DNA of 64,000 bases from an uncultured Gammaproteobacteria bacterium (GTDB taxonomy: Bacteria > Patescibacteriota > Microgenomatia > Levybacterales > UBA12049), in contig CAYOZJ010000003.1 in assembly GCA_964408485.1 (NCBI GenBank), positions 65,290-129,289 on the forward strand, given 5' to 3'. The translations under genes and the position numbers were made by a program. Shown in pieces: positions 27,215-37,979 of the stretch. Position 1 is the first letter of the stretch, and the number at the start of each line of letters is the position of its first letter. The notes under the pieces were generated by a model. That model saw only the letters and a list, made by a program, of their open reading frames with translations, had not been told where the DNA came from and searched no databases.

Positions 27215-28541
27215 AATATCTTGGAATTAACACAAAAATAAGAATAAAGTAGTAATACCAAATTGCAAAATAACCAAAATATATTGCTATTTGTTCTGTC
27301 TTCTTTTTCAAGACAACAGAAAATCCTTTAATCGTAAATAGAAGTAAAGGAAGATAAATTAGAAGTGCGTCACGCCCTCCTGTTTCCCATGCTTGATGAG
27401 AATGAATTTTTCGTCCAACGTCTAATATAAAGAATAAAAGGAATAAAAAAATTGTGCTTGTAATCATAAGTTTATTTTTGTTATTCCTCCATAAGTAAAA
27501 AATACCAATGCTTGAGAAGAGTATAAAAATAACAGTGTATGTAATAAAAATTGGCGGAAAAGGAAATGCCTCATTCCAACCCAAGAATCCCGAAAAGTGC
27601 ATATAGACATGTCGTAAGTTCCAGACTGTTAATAAGATAGCTTCTGGAAGTGATACATAAATCCCTTGAGAAATAGCTGCTCCAAATGCCGGGATAGCCA
27701 TAACGGGTGTGTGATACCGAATAAAATTCAGCAGAAACCAGGGAACTTGAATGAGAAGGAATATGCTTCCAAAGAGAAGTGCGTATTTGAGGAAAAGCTT
27801 TTTATCTTTTTCTTGAAAGAAAAGATAAACAATAAAACCAGGAATAAGAATAAGTCCTGTTGCTCGAGATAAGCATGCAAGTCCTGCCACGAGACCGAGT
27901 AATACCACACTCTTAAAAGAAAGTTCAAGTTTAGCCGTTAAGTAAAAAAATACTGCTGAGAAAAAAACAACGGCAATATCCGAACTAATTCCAATGCCAG
28001 ACTGCATAAGTAAAGGATTGAGTCCAAAAAGAAGCGTAAAGGAATTTGCCATTTTTTCCTTTTTAAACAAGAAAAGAAATGTCTTATAAACAACAAAAAT
28101 TGTCGCAAAGTAAAATAATCCGGACGTAAGCCTTGTAACATAAAATTGAGTGAGAATACTTGTGTGGAATAACCGTGCAACTTGAAGAAAAACTGAGCCT
28201 ATCATGTAATAGATAGGTGGATTGTATGATTGGATTGCAAAAGGAGTGAATTGTTGCTTTTCGCTTTTTGGGTAATCTACTAGCTTTTGCATTTTACTGT
28301 TCTTTATAGCTGTAAAATTTGGAATAATTCCCGTATGCTGTACGACTTCTGCAAAAGGTTCTTGAAGCGACTCGCCGGGTTGGATATGCGTTGTGGGTTC
28401 CATAGTTAGCTTAGGATACTGAAAATACGATGTCCAGTAGATAACTTCAAAATGTGCCTGTTCATCTGGCGTTTGAAACGGAGGCAACAAAAAGAAAAAA
28501 ATAAAATAAGACAGTGCGATAAAAGCGAATACTTTTTTCAT
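27207..28541 (-). CDS. DUF2142/GT39-like membrane glycosyltransferase
   Basis: PPFQTPDEQAH, YNPPIYY, many TM helices. Confidence 0.8.
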   Translation of the reverse strand: MKKVFAFIALSYFIFFFLLPPFQTPDEQAHFEVIYWTSYFQYPKLTMEPTTHIQPGESLQEPFAEVVQHTGIIPNFTAIKNSKMQKLVDYPKSEKQQFTPFAIQSYNPPIYYMIGSVFLQVARLFHTSILTQFYVTRLTSGLFYFATIFVVYKTFLFLFKKEKMANSFTLLFGLNPLLMQSGIGISSDIAVVFFSAVFFYLTAKLELSFKSVVLLGLVAGLACLSRATGLILIPGFIVYLFFQEKDKKLFLKYALLFGSIFLLIQVPWFLLNFIRYHTPVMAIPAFGAAISQGIYVSLPEAILLTVWNLRHVYMHFSGFLGWNEAFPFPPIFITYTVIFILFSSIGIFYLWRNNKNKLMITSTIFLFLLFFILDVGRKIHSHQAWETGGRDALLIYLPLLLFTIKGFSVVLKKKTEQIAIYFGYFAIWYYYFILIFVLIPRYYV

Positions 28542-28542
28542 A

Positions 28543-29568
28543 TTATGTTGAGTAGTCTATTCTTTTTTGTCTAAATGTATTTAATGGTCTATCAATGAAT
28601 TTATATAGTACGTAAGAAGTAGTAAGTATAGAGAATATTGAAATGATAATAAAGAGAGGATAATTGTAGTTATTTAACTTCATATACTCGAATAATTCGA
28701 GTATGAGCAAATGGGTAATATACATTGGATAGGATAGGTCGCCCAGTAACCTGTCAAAAGAAAACCGTTGGGTTATATTAAAAAGAGTTGGTATTACAGT
28801 AAAAATAGTTAAGAAAAATATAACTTCCCGAAGTGGTATTGAAAGAAAGAATATATTTGGCATAAATCCCCAGAAAACAATTTGAGAGAGCAGGAAAATA
28901 ATTAAAAATGAAAACAATTTCTTACTTTTAATAAATATTTTTTTATTAAAGAGTCTGTATGCAAGAATGCCCATGCAGAAGAATCCCATATTTGCTGGGA
29001 AAAATCCTAAGAGATATCCTGCATGTGTGTTGTTTTGCTGAATCAATAGGATATAGCGAATAATAAAGCTAGCTATTAGTATGCTGAGAATGACAAAGGT
29101 CTTCCTCCTTATAAAAAGTGGCGCCGTAATATAAAACATAACCTCAACAACTAAAGACCATGCTGGAGCAACAATAGGTTGGTGCATGGAATAAACTGTT
29201 AAATATCCACGAGGTATGATTAGAGTTAATTCCTTCAGGAGAAGAGTGGGTTCTGGATATTGAACAATGAAATAATGAATTAAATTGGATATATTAATTT
29301 GAGAAGAATAATGGCTATAGAATATAAAGACAAAAGTTGCTATGTACACAATCCAATACAAAGGGTAAATGCGAAGAAATCTATTTGAAATATATATCCA
29401 GTAACTTGAGTGAATGTATTTACTATCCAAAATAAGCGCTATATAAAACCCTGAAATAATAAAAAATGCATCGACTGCAATAAGCCCGTTAAGTGAAAAG
29501 TTATTTTGTACAGCAATAAAATGAAACCATAAGACAGCTAAGGCAAGAATAAATCTGAGTGTTCCCAT
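28543..29568 (-). CDS. Acyltransferase-3 (OafA-like) O-acyltransferase
   Basis: LRFILALAVLWFH, FFIISGF, RFLRIYP, WSLVVE, GDLSYPMYITH. Confidence 0.9.
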   Translation of the reverse strand: MGTLRFILALAVLWFHFIAVQNNFSLNGLIAVDAFFIISGFYIALILDSKYIHSSYWIYISNRFLRIYPLYWIVYIATFVFIFYSHYSSQINISNLIHYFIVQYPEPTLLLKELTLIIPRGYLTVYSMHQPIVAPAWSLVVEVMFYITAPLFIRRKTFVILSILIASFIIRYILLIQQNNTHAGYLLGFFPANMGFFCMGILAYRLFNKKIFIKSKKLFSFLIIFLLSQIVFWGFMPNIFFLSIPLREVIFFLTIFTVIPTLFNITQRFSFDRLLGDLSYPMYITHLLILELFEYMKLNNYNYPLFIIISIFSILTTSYVLYKFIDRPLNTFRQKRIDYST

Positions 29569-29622
29569 AGAAGAAGTATAGTATATTTTAGCTTAAAAGT
29601 TGTATACTGCAGAAGCTAAAAC

Positions 29623-30441
29623 ATGGCAAATAAAAAGATTACAGTTATTGTTCCTGCATATAATGAAGAAAAGCATTTAGAAGAATGTCTTTTGTCTATA
29701 AAAAATCAAACATACCATCCCATTGAGCTTATTGTTGTTGATGATGGATCAACAGACAAAACAGCAGTAGTTTCTAAAAAATATGCCGATGTTTTTATAC
29801 AGCAGAAACATCAAGGTCCTGCAGTTGCAAGAAATAAGGCAGTGAAAGCTGCAAAAGGAAAGATATTGGTATTCATAGATGCTGATATGTATTTAGATAT
29901 AAACTACATTAAAAAAATTATTGCCCCAATTCTTGCAGAAAAGTCTCAAGTAACATTTACAAAAGAGGAATACGTTGCAAATAAAGACAATATTTGGTCT
30001 CAGTGCTTTCAAATAGATAATAATTTACCTATGAATAAAAGAATTAGACCATCTCAAGGCAATATAAGCAATCGTTTTCGCGCAATTACAAAAAAGAGGT
30101 TTTTAAGAACGAATGGATACTTAGTAAAGAGAGGTTATGGTGAAGATGAGGTGCTGCAGGCTTCGGAAGCTGTCGTTGCACCCGGGGCAATTTGTTACCA
30201 TTATAATCCAGATTCCCTCAAAGACGTATTCCTGTCTGCGAGATGGGTTGGAAGAAGTACGCTTATGACCCAAAACTTAAAAAATTTTCTAAGATATTCC
30301 ATACTTAATTCAATAGTAATTAGCCTCAAAAAAATATATAATGGATCTCCTGCCAGTTTTTTCATATATAAAATTGTTTTTGATTTAGGAGTGATGAATG
30401 GAATACTACTTAAAAAGTTAGGGAGTAATCATTCAAAATAA
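29623..30441 (+). CDS. Glycosyltransferase family 2
   Basis: IVPAYNEE, VDDGSTD, FIDAD. Confidence 0.92.
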   Translation: MANKKITVIVPAYNEEKHLEECLLSIKNQTYHPIELIVVDDGSTDKTAVVSKKYADVFIQQKHQGPAVARNKAVKAAKGKILVFIDADMYLDINYIKKIIAPILAEKSQVTFTKEEYVANKDNIWSQCFQIDNNLPMNKRIRPSQGNISNRFRAITKKRFLRTNGYLVKRGYGEDEVLQASEAVVAPGAICYHYNPDSLKDVFLSARWVGRSTLMTQNLKNFLRYSILNSIVISLKKIYNGSPASFFIYKIVFDLGVMNGILLKKLGSNHSK

Positions 30442-30460
30442 AAGAAAAGAATCTCAAAAT

Positions 30461-31270
30461 ATGAGAAAAAAAATTGCTACTATAATCATCACATATAAAT
30501 TTCCAAAAGAGAAATTAAGAAAGCTTCTGTCAAGTTTAGAAAGAATAGGATTGAGTAAAAAAACAATCTTTGTTAAAGATAACACGAACAACAATATTGG
30601 CTATGCTGGAGGGATAAACAAGATAATTAAATCAAAACTGAAAAATTTCGACTATTTTCTAATTTTAAACCCGGATATTCAAATAAAGAATAATTTTGTT
30701 AAGCCTTTAGTTAGTATTTTGGATAAAAATCAAGCTGATATAGTGGGCCCCATGATATTTACAGATAACGGAAAAGTATGGGGTACGGGAGGGATTATTG
30801 ATAAAAAGCGATACTCAGCATCAATGTCCATAAAGATATTAAAACATTTAACCTTTGTGGATTTTGTCTTGGGTACAGCATTTATGGTGAGAAAAGACGT
30901 GTTCGAAAAAATTGGCCTTCTTGATGAAGATTATTTTTTATATTACGACGAAGTTGACTTTTGTATGAGAGCAAGAAAAAGCGGTTTTAGATTAGCAATG
31001 AGTCCTGAATCATCCATTTACCATTATGGTTCTTTTAGTGTTGGTAAGGATTCTAATGCGATGCTATATTATATGGCCAGGAGCCATATGTATTTTCTTG
31101 AAAAGTATGCTCCACTCAGAATTAAGATTAGAGAGCTTATTAGGTTTCCTAGAACCATATGGCAGGCAAGGAAAAGTAAATATGAAGTTCTTGGTATTAT
31201 CGATTACTTTTTGAGAAAAAAGGGAAGAAATGACGGTATTTTTGTAAAAGCTGATAAGGATTACAAATAG
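30461..31270 (+). CDS. Glycosyltransferase family 2 (rhamnosyltransferase-like)
   Basis: NIGYAGGIN, LNPD, FLYYDEVDFC. Confidence 0.9.
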   Translation: MRKKIATIIITYKFPKEKLRKLLSSLERIGLSKKTIFVKDNTNNNIGYAGGINKIIKSKLKNFDYFLILNPDIQIKNNFVKPLVSILDKNQADIVGPMIFTDNGKVWGTGGIIDKKRYSASMSIKILKHLTFVDFVLGTAFMVRKDVFEKIGLLDEDYFLYYDEVDFCMRARKSGFRLAMSPESSIYHYGSFSVGKDSNAMLYYMARSHMYFLEKYAPLRIKIRELIRFPRTIWQARKSKYEVLGIIDYFLRKKGRNDGIFVKADKDYK

Positions 31271-32136
31271 TTTTTGTCTTTTAAGTATTCTTTTAGGCTT
31301 ACTCGCCAGTTGGGCATTATATCTATTCCAAGACGTTTTAGATTTGAGTTTTCCAGTACAGAATACTTGGGTCTCATTGCGTTTGATGGAAAATAATTTG
31401 AATTAACTTTTCTACAATTAATATCCTTATCAAGTATTGAAAATATTTCTTTAGCAAATTGCCACCAGCTACATTTACCTTGAGATGTCATGTGATAAAT
31501 ACCATATTTGTCTGTCTTAAGGAGCATTATTAAGTTTTTAGCAACACTTTTTGTATGAGTAGGGGAACATACTTGATCATTGACTACGAAAACATCCTTC
31601 TTCTCTTTGCTCAGATCAATCATTTGTTCAATAAAATTTTTACCTTTTCCTGAAGGACCTTTCATTCCAAATAATCCGGACACTCTAACAATAAAATGTT
31701 TAGGTGAAATATATTGCGTAAAATTTTCTGCCGCTACTTTAGTTATCCCATAGATATTAATTGGAGCTGTTATATCCTTCTCTTTATAAGGCTTACTTCG
31801 TTTATCATCTAAGCCAAAAACATAATCTGTGCTAATGAATACATTGGTCCAATCGTTCATTGAAGATAAAAGTGACAAATTCCTTTGCCCAAATGTATTA
31901 ACATTAAATCCTTTCTGAATATCTTTTTCTACATCCTCGAGTTTATGAAATGAAGCAGTGTTGATAACAATGTTAGGTGAGATTTGTTTTAGAACTGCTT
32001 CTAGTTGCTCCATGTCAGTGACGTCTATTTCTCGATGGGTCAATCCAACAACATTAAAAAAAGAATCTTCTGAAAAGACTTTTACTATATCATTTCCCAA
32101 TTGTCCATTTGAACCTATAACAACAACATTTTTCAT
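31261..32136 (-). CDS. rfbD: dTDP-4-dehydrorhamnose reductase
   Basis: GSNGQLG, ISTDYVF, YGITK, DQVCSPT, RPKYS. Confidence 0.9.
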   Translation of the reverse strand: MKNVVVIGSNGQLGNDIVKVFSEDSFFNVVGLTHREIDVTDMEQLEAVLKQISPNIVINTASFHKLEDVEKDIQKGFNVNTFGQRNLSLLSSMNDWTNVFISTDYVFGLDDKRSKPYKEKDITAPINIYGITKVAAENFTQYISPKHFIVRVSGLFGMKGPSGKGKNFIEQMIDLSKEKKDVFVVNDQVCSPTHTKSVAKNLIMLLKTDKYGIYHMTSQGKCSWWQFAKEIFSILDKDINCRKVNSNYFPSNAMRPKYSVLENSNLKRLGIDIMPNWRVSLKEYLKDKNYL

Positions 32137-33128
32137 AAATTTTTAAGTATAGGTCGGAGCCATTCAATATTATAGTATTTTTTATTTTCAAAATCGCTAT
32201 TTATTCCTTTCTTTATTTTCTTAACTAGATTTATTACAGATTTTTCAATTGATGTGTGTGCTCTAAAGCCTAGAAGTTGTTTAGCTTTTAAATTTGTAAC
32301 TCTGTAAGTTCGATTCCCTACAACTTTCTTTTCTGATGAAATCTTTACATCGATATCAAAATTTTCCCGCAAGGTTTTCTGAATTATAAATGCAACATCT
32401 TTAACAAGAAAATTGTCTAGAGAAATGTTAATAACTTGTTTATTAATTTTTTTTGAGCTATTCCTGAATGTTAAAAGATATGCATTGGTAACATCGCTTA
32501 TGCTTACGAGTGGTCTCCATTGTAAGCCATCAGAAAATATTTTTATCTCACCACTGGAAAGCGCATCTCTAACCATAGAATTAATAACCAAATCGTATCT
32601 CATTCTATGAGAGAATCCAAAAACAGTTCCCATCCGAAGAATAGTTACCATAAAGTTTTCATCAGCTAATTTCAGTAATTCCTTTTCCGCTTGGTATTTT
32701 GATAGTGAATATGCTTTCGTTGGATTTACATAACTTTCTTCATTTTTAATGTCATCATCTTGACCGCCATCATAAATAGAGCAGCTAGAAGCAAATATAA
32801 ACTTTTTAACTCCCGCTTTTTTCGCTTTTGCAGCTATATTACTTGTTGCTTTGGTATTAATTGCGAAGTTGGCTTGAGGGTTGAAGTCTGCTGTTGGGTC
32901 GTTAGATAGTCCTGCAAGATGAATAATGGTGTGGACGTTTGTGAAAAGTTTATCAGGGAGTTCTCTTACGTCACCTTTAACGAGTTCAACATCTTTTAAT
33001 TTTTTAATAAAATTGCCAAAGTAAAATGTGTCAAAAACCCTAACGGAGAATCCTGTTTTTACAATTTTTTCAACAAGCTCAGTGCCAATATATCCCCCTC
33101 CACCGGTCACCAAAACAACGTTTTTCAT
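32133..33128 (-). CDS. NAD-dependent nucleotide-sugar epimerase/dehydratase (extended SDR)
   Basis: VTGGGGYIG, HLAGLSND, ASSCSIY, YSLSK. Confidence 0.9.
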   Translation of the reverse strand: MKNVVLVTGGGGYIGTELVEKIVKTGFSVRVFDTFYFGNFIKKLKDVELVKGDVRELPDKLFTNVHTIIHLAGLSNDPTADFNPQANFAINTKATSNIAAKAKKAGVKKFIFASSCSIYDGGQDDDIKNEESYVNPTKAYSLSKYQAEKELLKLADENFMVTILRMGTVFGFSHRMRYDLVINSMVRDALSSGEIKIFSDGLQWRPLVSISDVTNAYLLTFRNSSKKINKQVINISLDNFLVKDVAFIIQKTLRENFDIDVKISSEKKVVGNRTYRVTNLKAKQLLGFRAHTSIEKSVINLVKKIKKGINSDFENKKYYNIEWLRPILKNL

Positions 33129-33130
33129 TA

Positions 33131-33604
33131 TTAATGTATTTTTACTTCCCAATCTTCATCGAAAGAACCTATTTCAGCTCTCTCTTCATCTGGATTTGAT
33201 GAATCATACTTTTTGGTAATCCAATACATGAGTATACATTCTTCGCCTGAAATATTTTTCCAACCGTGCCATATTTTAGGTGGAATTCGTAGAGCTTTTC
33301 TTTCCCTGTCATGTAGATATACCCACATTAGCTTTTTCTGTTCCTCATCATATAGGCCAACTTTTAATGAGCCTTTTACAACAAACCAATAATCGAATTG
33401 TTTTTCGTGACGATGCCAAGCAACGGTTCTCCCAGGATAGATATAGCTTATATTTAGATCACCAAAATTTTCTGGGGTACTAAAAACATCATTAATAGAT
33501 CTTCGTCTGTCGTCGTCGTGTGTTCTCGGATAAATGGTGTTCTTTTTAAGAAATGCTTTTGCGTTTAACTCCTCTTTTTTTACTTTAAACTTTGTAGTGC
33601 TCAT
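33131..33604 (-). CDS. dTDP-4-dehydrorhamnose 3,5-epimerase-like cupin
   Basis: AWHRHEKQFD, IPPKIWHGWKN, PDEER. Confidence 0.8.
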   Translation of the reverse strand: MSTTKFKVKKEELNAKAFLKKNTIYPRTHDDDRRRSINDVFSTPENFGDLNISYIYPGRTVAWHRHEKQFDYWFVVKGSLKVGLYDEEQKKLMWVYLHDRERKALRIPPKIWHGWKNISGEECILMYWITKKYDSSNPDEERAEIGSFDEDWEVKIH

Positions 33605-33713
33605 GGATAATCCACTGATTGTAAAAAAAACACATTGACATGTCAATGTTTCTAATTCAATTACAATTCATATTTAAGAATAAATCCAAGTGTATTTGCT
33701 ATAATTACAAATT

Positions 33714-34817
33714 ATGTATATAGCTGTTGATGCTGGGTGTTTGGGAGTAAAGGACAAAAGATTAAAGGTTGGAGTATATACCGTTGTTAAGAATTTCCTT
33801 ATAGAGTTAGGAAAGATAGACAAGAATAATAAATATCTTCTCTATAGCTTTCATCCAATAGAAAAAAGTCTTCTAAAAGAGTTTGGTTTGCAAATGCAAA
33901 ATATTGTATTACCTGCAATTGGGTGGTTGAAAGTTGGTTTACCAATTCGACTTCTTTTAGATAAGCCAGATATTTTTATTGCTGCAAATCAAGCAATTCC
34001 ATTTAAATTACCCCTTTCGTCATACAAAACCCTTGGAATATTCTATGACATAGCGTTTGAAAAATATCCAGAACTATATTCCTATGCTGCATCTGTTAGC
34101 AAGCATAGAATAAATAGTAGGTATTTAGCAGAAAATGCAGAATCGCTTATAGCGATCTCTGAAAGTACAAAAAAAGATTTAGTAGATCTCTATAAAATTC
34201 CTAAAGGAAGAATTACTGTTGCCTATCCTGGGATAAATCCAGAAGTAAGAAGTAAGAAGCAAGAAGCAAGAAGGGAAAATCCTTATTTCCTTTTTGTTGG
34301 TGCTTTTAAGAAGTCAAAAAATATTTCTACACTTTTACTCGGATTTAATATATTCTTGCAATCACAAGCCAAGAAGTATGACCTGCTTTTGGTTGGAGGA
34401 GATAAATGGCTTGATCCTGAAATAGAGCGTGTTATGAGCACTTTTTCTGCAGAGACGAAAAAGCATGTCAAAAATCTTGGATTTGTAGATAATAAAAAAC
34501 TTGCATCACTCTATAAAAGCGCTGTTGCTTTTGTGAGCCCAAGTCTTTATGAGGGATTTGGATTGCCTTTTATAGAAGCACAAAGCCTAGGATGCCCAAT
34601 TATTGGGTCACAGAGGGGATCACTGCCTGAAATTATTGGCAAGAGTGGTATTCTTATAGATCCAAAAAATTCTAACCAACTTGCACAAGCATTAAAAACT
34701 ATGACAAACTCTTCCAGTAGGAAGAGATATATACAGCAAGGAAAAATAAATGCTAAAAAATACTCTTGGAAATCATTTGCAAAACAAGTACAATCTGCTC
34801 TGCAAAGCTTGTCATGA
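33714..34817 (+). CDS. Glycosyltransferase family 4
   Basis: ISESTKKD, PSLYEGFGLPFIEA. Confidence 0.93.
   Translation: MYIAVDAGCLGVKDKRLKVGVYTVVKNFLIELGKIDKNNKYLLYSFHPIEKSLLKEFGLQMQNIVLPAIGWLKVGLPIRLLLDKPDIFIAANQAIPFKLPLSSYKTLGIFYDIAFEKYPELYSYAASVSKHRINSRYLAENAESLIAISESTKKDLVDLYKIPKGRITVAYPGINPEVRSKKQEARRENPYFLFVGAFKKSKNISTLLLGFNIFLQSQAKKYDLLLVGGDKWLDPEIERVMSTFSAETKKHVKNLGFVDNKKLASLYKSAVAFVSPSLYEGFGLPFIEAQSLGCPIIGSQRGSLPEIIGKSGILIDPKNSNQLAQALKTMTNSSSRKRYIQQGKINAKKYSWKSFAKQVQSALQSLS
34241..34275. repeat. In-frame heptamer array in the GT4 gene
   Basis: AGAAGTA AGAAGTA AGAAGCA AGAAGCA AGAAGGG, encoding EVRSKKQEARR in the interdomain linker. Confidence 0.7.
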
Positions 34818-35638
34818 CACGCTCACAAATTCTTACTTATATCTCCAATCTCGATGGGTGGCTTTCTCTTCACGAAGGTTTTTTTCTGTATGAATCAGCG
34901 AGGAATGGAAAAGGGAAAGGGGAAATTGTTGAAATAGGCAGTTGGATGGGGAAGTCAACAATTTGTCTTGCAGGAGGTTCTGAATCCAAAAAAAGAGAAC
35001 GGGTTTTTGCTATAGATCCACACAAAGGTCAATATACAAGGAATAATGGTATTGGTAAAAAATCACCAACCTTTAAAAAATTTCTTAGCAACATTCAAGT
35101 AACTGGATTACTGTCATACATAAAGCCTTTAGTGACTACATCTAAAAATGCAGCTAAGAATTGGAAAAAGCCAATACGACTTCTTTTTATTGATGGGCTG
35201 CATGATTATAAAAATACCGTGCAAGATTTTACTCTCTGGTCACCCTTTGTTAGTACAAATGGCATTATTGCTTTCCATGATGCATTTTGTGGACATATAG
35301 GACCAGAAAGAGTAATTCTAGAAAATGTTTTACAGTCTGAATGGAGAGATATTGGCGTTGTTGGATCTATTATTTTTGTGCAGAAAGGTAAACCAAAAGA
35401 CATTATGCAGTACCTTAATCTTTTTCGACATAGAATACTTATTCCCCTTGCACTCAAACTGAATAAGAGCGACATGTCAAAGGGAATTAAATTTTTTCTC
35501 ATTCACCGAATTATTAAGCTACTCCTTCTCAATCCTTACACGCTTCTATTCCAAGAAAGCGATGCAATTCTGTTTTTTAACAGAATTGTGAGCAATATCA
35601 GTAATTTTTTCAGTGCGGAACGAAAACCGTGGCTTTAG
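34814..35638 (+). CDS. Class I SAM-dependent methyltransferase (Methyltransf_24-like)
   Basis: VEIGSWMGKST, FIDGLHDY, AFHD. Confidence 0.88.
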   Translation: MTRSQILTYISNLDGWLSLHEGFFLYESARNGKGKGEIVEIGSWMGKSTICLAGGSESKKRERVFAIDPHKGQYTRNNGIGKKSPTFKKFLSNIQVTGLLSYIKPLVTTSKNAAKNWKKPIRLLFIDGLHDYKNTVQDFTLWSPFVSTNGIIAFHDAFCGHIGPERVILENVLQSEWRDIGVVGSIIFVQKGKPKDIMQYLNLFRHRILIPLALKLNKSDMSKGIKFFLIHRIIKLLLLNPYTLLFQESDAILFFNRIVSNISNFFSAERKPWL

Positions 35639-35670
35639 GCCACGTGTTTTGTATTACAATTAGAAAGAGA

Positions 35671-37209
35671 ATGAGAAAAATAATTCTTTTGTTGTTGGGA
35701 GGCGCGCTCCTTTTGTGTTTGCCTTTTTTCCTCAATGTCCAACACACGTTTCCTCGACTCGACTCAGATTATGATTCCGAAATGGGTATGTATCAATATA
35801 TAGGGTCGTATATACGTATGCGTCACGTGATTCCATCAACGATCCCATTTGTTGGTACAGGGATTCCTGTGGTTGGTGACCCACTAAATGCCGTACTCGA
35901 TCCATTTTTTTCGTTGCCTTTTGTTTTCTTTGGTGCAAATGTGGCAATTCGCGTTGCAATTTTTATTAATGCATTTCTATCGGGACTGGGAATGTTTTTT
36001 CTTCTAAAAAGCATAAAAGTATCAAAATTCTTGCAATTTGCAGGATCTTTTCTCTATATGTCTTCTGGCTCATTTGTTTCGTCTGTTGCAGCAGGGCATA
36101 TAACAGAAAAATTCTTAGTGTATCCCGTTATTCCAATATTCTTTATGATGATTTTGCGAAAGAAATTATCTGTTAAGACTATTTTTGGCGCAGGAGTTGC
36201 TCTTGGAGCAACGTTGTACTGTGGTGATATCTATGCAGCATGGTTTTTAACCCTTTTTCTTGTAGTTGTGCGAGCGTATTATTTTGTTGTTGCAAAAGGG
36301 AAATTGCGAGAAGTTTTTGTAACGTGTTGTATTGGATTTATTGCTCTTCTTGTTGCTTCTCCCAAGTTATTTTACTTTTTTAGCGATGTTGTGCCAATTC
36401 TTAAAAGAACAAACATCGTCAATCCATTTTTAGGATCTATTCAATTTTTTCTTTTCCCCTTTCAATTTCTCATGCCACTTCAAGTAAATTTTTACGATAG
36501 ACCGTTTTTTCAAAGACACTTAGGGTTTTACTACAATTGGTATGAATACTATGCATTTATTGGACTGTTGCCAGTAATTTTCTTGAGAAATATCAAGCCA
36601 CTTATTAAAAATGACCTTGTAAGAATATGTGTGCTTCTTCTTATTGTTGGCGCTTTGTATGTATCCAATGCGTATTGGTACTCACCATTCCATTATTTGT
36701 TTCTTTTTGTCAAACCACTTGATGTTTTTCGCGTGCCTCAGAGAATAGGCATACCCTTAAGCAGTATTGTCATTGTTCTTTTGTGTCTTTGTGCAAATAC
36801 ATGGAAAAATAAGAAAACGCTTTACTTACTCTGGTTGGGGGGTTTGGTATGGACGTATGCTGTTGCATGGTTTACCTTTTCTTATACGTTTGTCCCGATT
36901 CCAAAAGATCAATTACATCTTGCATCTTATGTGCAGCAGATAAATGCTAAAAAAGTACCGGTAATAAATATTGATGCAATTCCAGAATATCTACTTGCAA
37001 CAAGCAATATGCCTGTTATTAATTACTATTATGGTTGGGTACCCAAAAATACTCCGGATATTTTTGGAGATAACGCAGTTATTCGAATGAGTGAAATTGC
37101 CAAAACGCATGCTCTCTACATTCTTTCTTCCAATAAGTACGATTTTGAGCAATTAGGGTATAAAAAAATTCAAGTTAGCCCCAATAAAATAGTTTGGGAA
37201 AAACTATAG
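35671..37209 (+). CDS. YfhO-like / GT-C membrane protein
   Basis: GIPVVGDP, multiple TM helices, FRVPQR. Confidence 0.7.
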   Translation: MRKIILLLLGGALLLCLPFFLNVQHTFPRLDSDYDSEMGMYQYIGSYIRMRHVIPSTIPFVGTGIPVVGDPLNAVLDPFFSLPFVFFGANVAIRVAIFINAFLSGLGMFFLLKSIKVSKFLQFAGSFLYMSSGSFVSSVAAGHITEKFLVYPVIPIFFMMILRKKLSVKTIFGAGVALGATLYCGDIYAAWFLTLFLVVVRAYYFVVAKGKLREVFVTCCIGFIALLVASPKLFYFFSDVVPILKRTNIVNPFLGSIQFFLFPFQFLMPLQVNFYDRPFFQRHLGFYYNWYEYYAFIGLLPVIFLRNIKPLIKNDLVRICVLLLIVGALYVSNAYWYSPFHYLFLFVKPLDVFRVPQRIGIPLSSIVIVLLCLCANTWKNKKTLYLLWLGGLVWTYAVAWFTFSYTFVPIPKDQLHLASYVQQINAKKVPVINIDAIPEYLLATSNMPVINYYYGWVPKNTPDIFGDNAVIRMSEIAKTHALYILSSNKYDFEQLGYKKIQVSPNKIVWEKL

Positions 37210-37256
37210 ATTCCTGCCTCGGATGTATGTATACTTCAACCTAGTTAACGCTCAGT

Positions 37257-37979
37257 ATGCAAAAGCAATTATCAATTATTATTCCTGTTTACCGGGAAGA
37301 AGAAAATATTCAAATAACCCTTGAAAGGATTGAAAAAAAGGTACGGACTCCACATGAGATTCTTCTTATTTATCATTATAAATCAGATCCGACTGTTGCT
37401 GTAATAAAAGCGTACATGAAACATCACAAAAATATTTCCATTCACCTTCTTCAGAATGCAGACAAAAGCAATAATCGCGTCATGAAGTCTATTAAAAAAG
37501 GATTTAGTCACGCAAAAGGAAAAGCAGTTGTTGTCCTTATGGCAGATTTATCTGATGATATATCTCAGATTGACAGAATGTTTCGACTCTTTACCAAAGG
37601 GTACGATATTGTGTGCGCATCTAGGTACATGAAAGGCGGTAAGAAAATCGGTGGACCATTTGTGAAGACGATTCTTTCCAAGGCTGCAGGATTATCTCTT
37701 CATTATTTTTTTCACATCCCAACACATGATGCAACAAATGCCTTTAAGTTATATAACAGAAAAATTTTTACCCAGATAACTATTGAAAGCGTTGGAGGAT
37801 TTGAGTATTCATTAGAAATTATCTTGAAAGCACATACGTTGGGCTTTTCTATTACAGAAATTCCAACGACTTGGAAAGACAGAATGAATGGGTCATCAAA
37901 TTTTAAAATTCTTGCATGGATTCCCGAGTATAGTAAGTGGTATATACGGTCGTTTAGATTATTTCTTGCAAAGAGATGA
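37257..37979 (+). CDS. GT2 polyprenol-phosphate glycosyltransferase (DPM-like)
   Basis: IIPVYREEENI, MADLSD, DIVCASRY, DATNAFK. Confidence 0.88.
   Translation: MQKQLSIIIPVYREEENIQITLERIEKKVRTPHEILLIYHYKSDPTVAVIKAYMKHHKNISIHLLQNADKSNNRVMKSIKKGFSHAKGKAVVVLMADLSDDISQIDRMFRLFTKGYDIVCASRYMKGGKKIGGPFVKTILSKAAGLSLHYFFHIPTHDATNAFKLYNRKIFTQITIESVGGFEYSLEIILKAHTLGFSITEIPTTWKDRMNGSSNFKILAWIPEYSKWYIRSFRLFLAKR

Noticed and set aside
37208-37222. AGATTCCTGCCTCGG resembling half a REP
   Set aside because: Too short and lacks the complementary arm; at most a remnant
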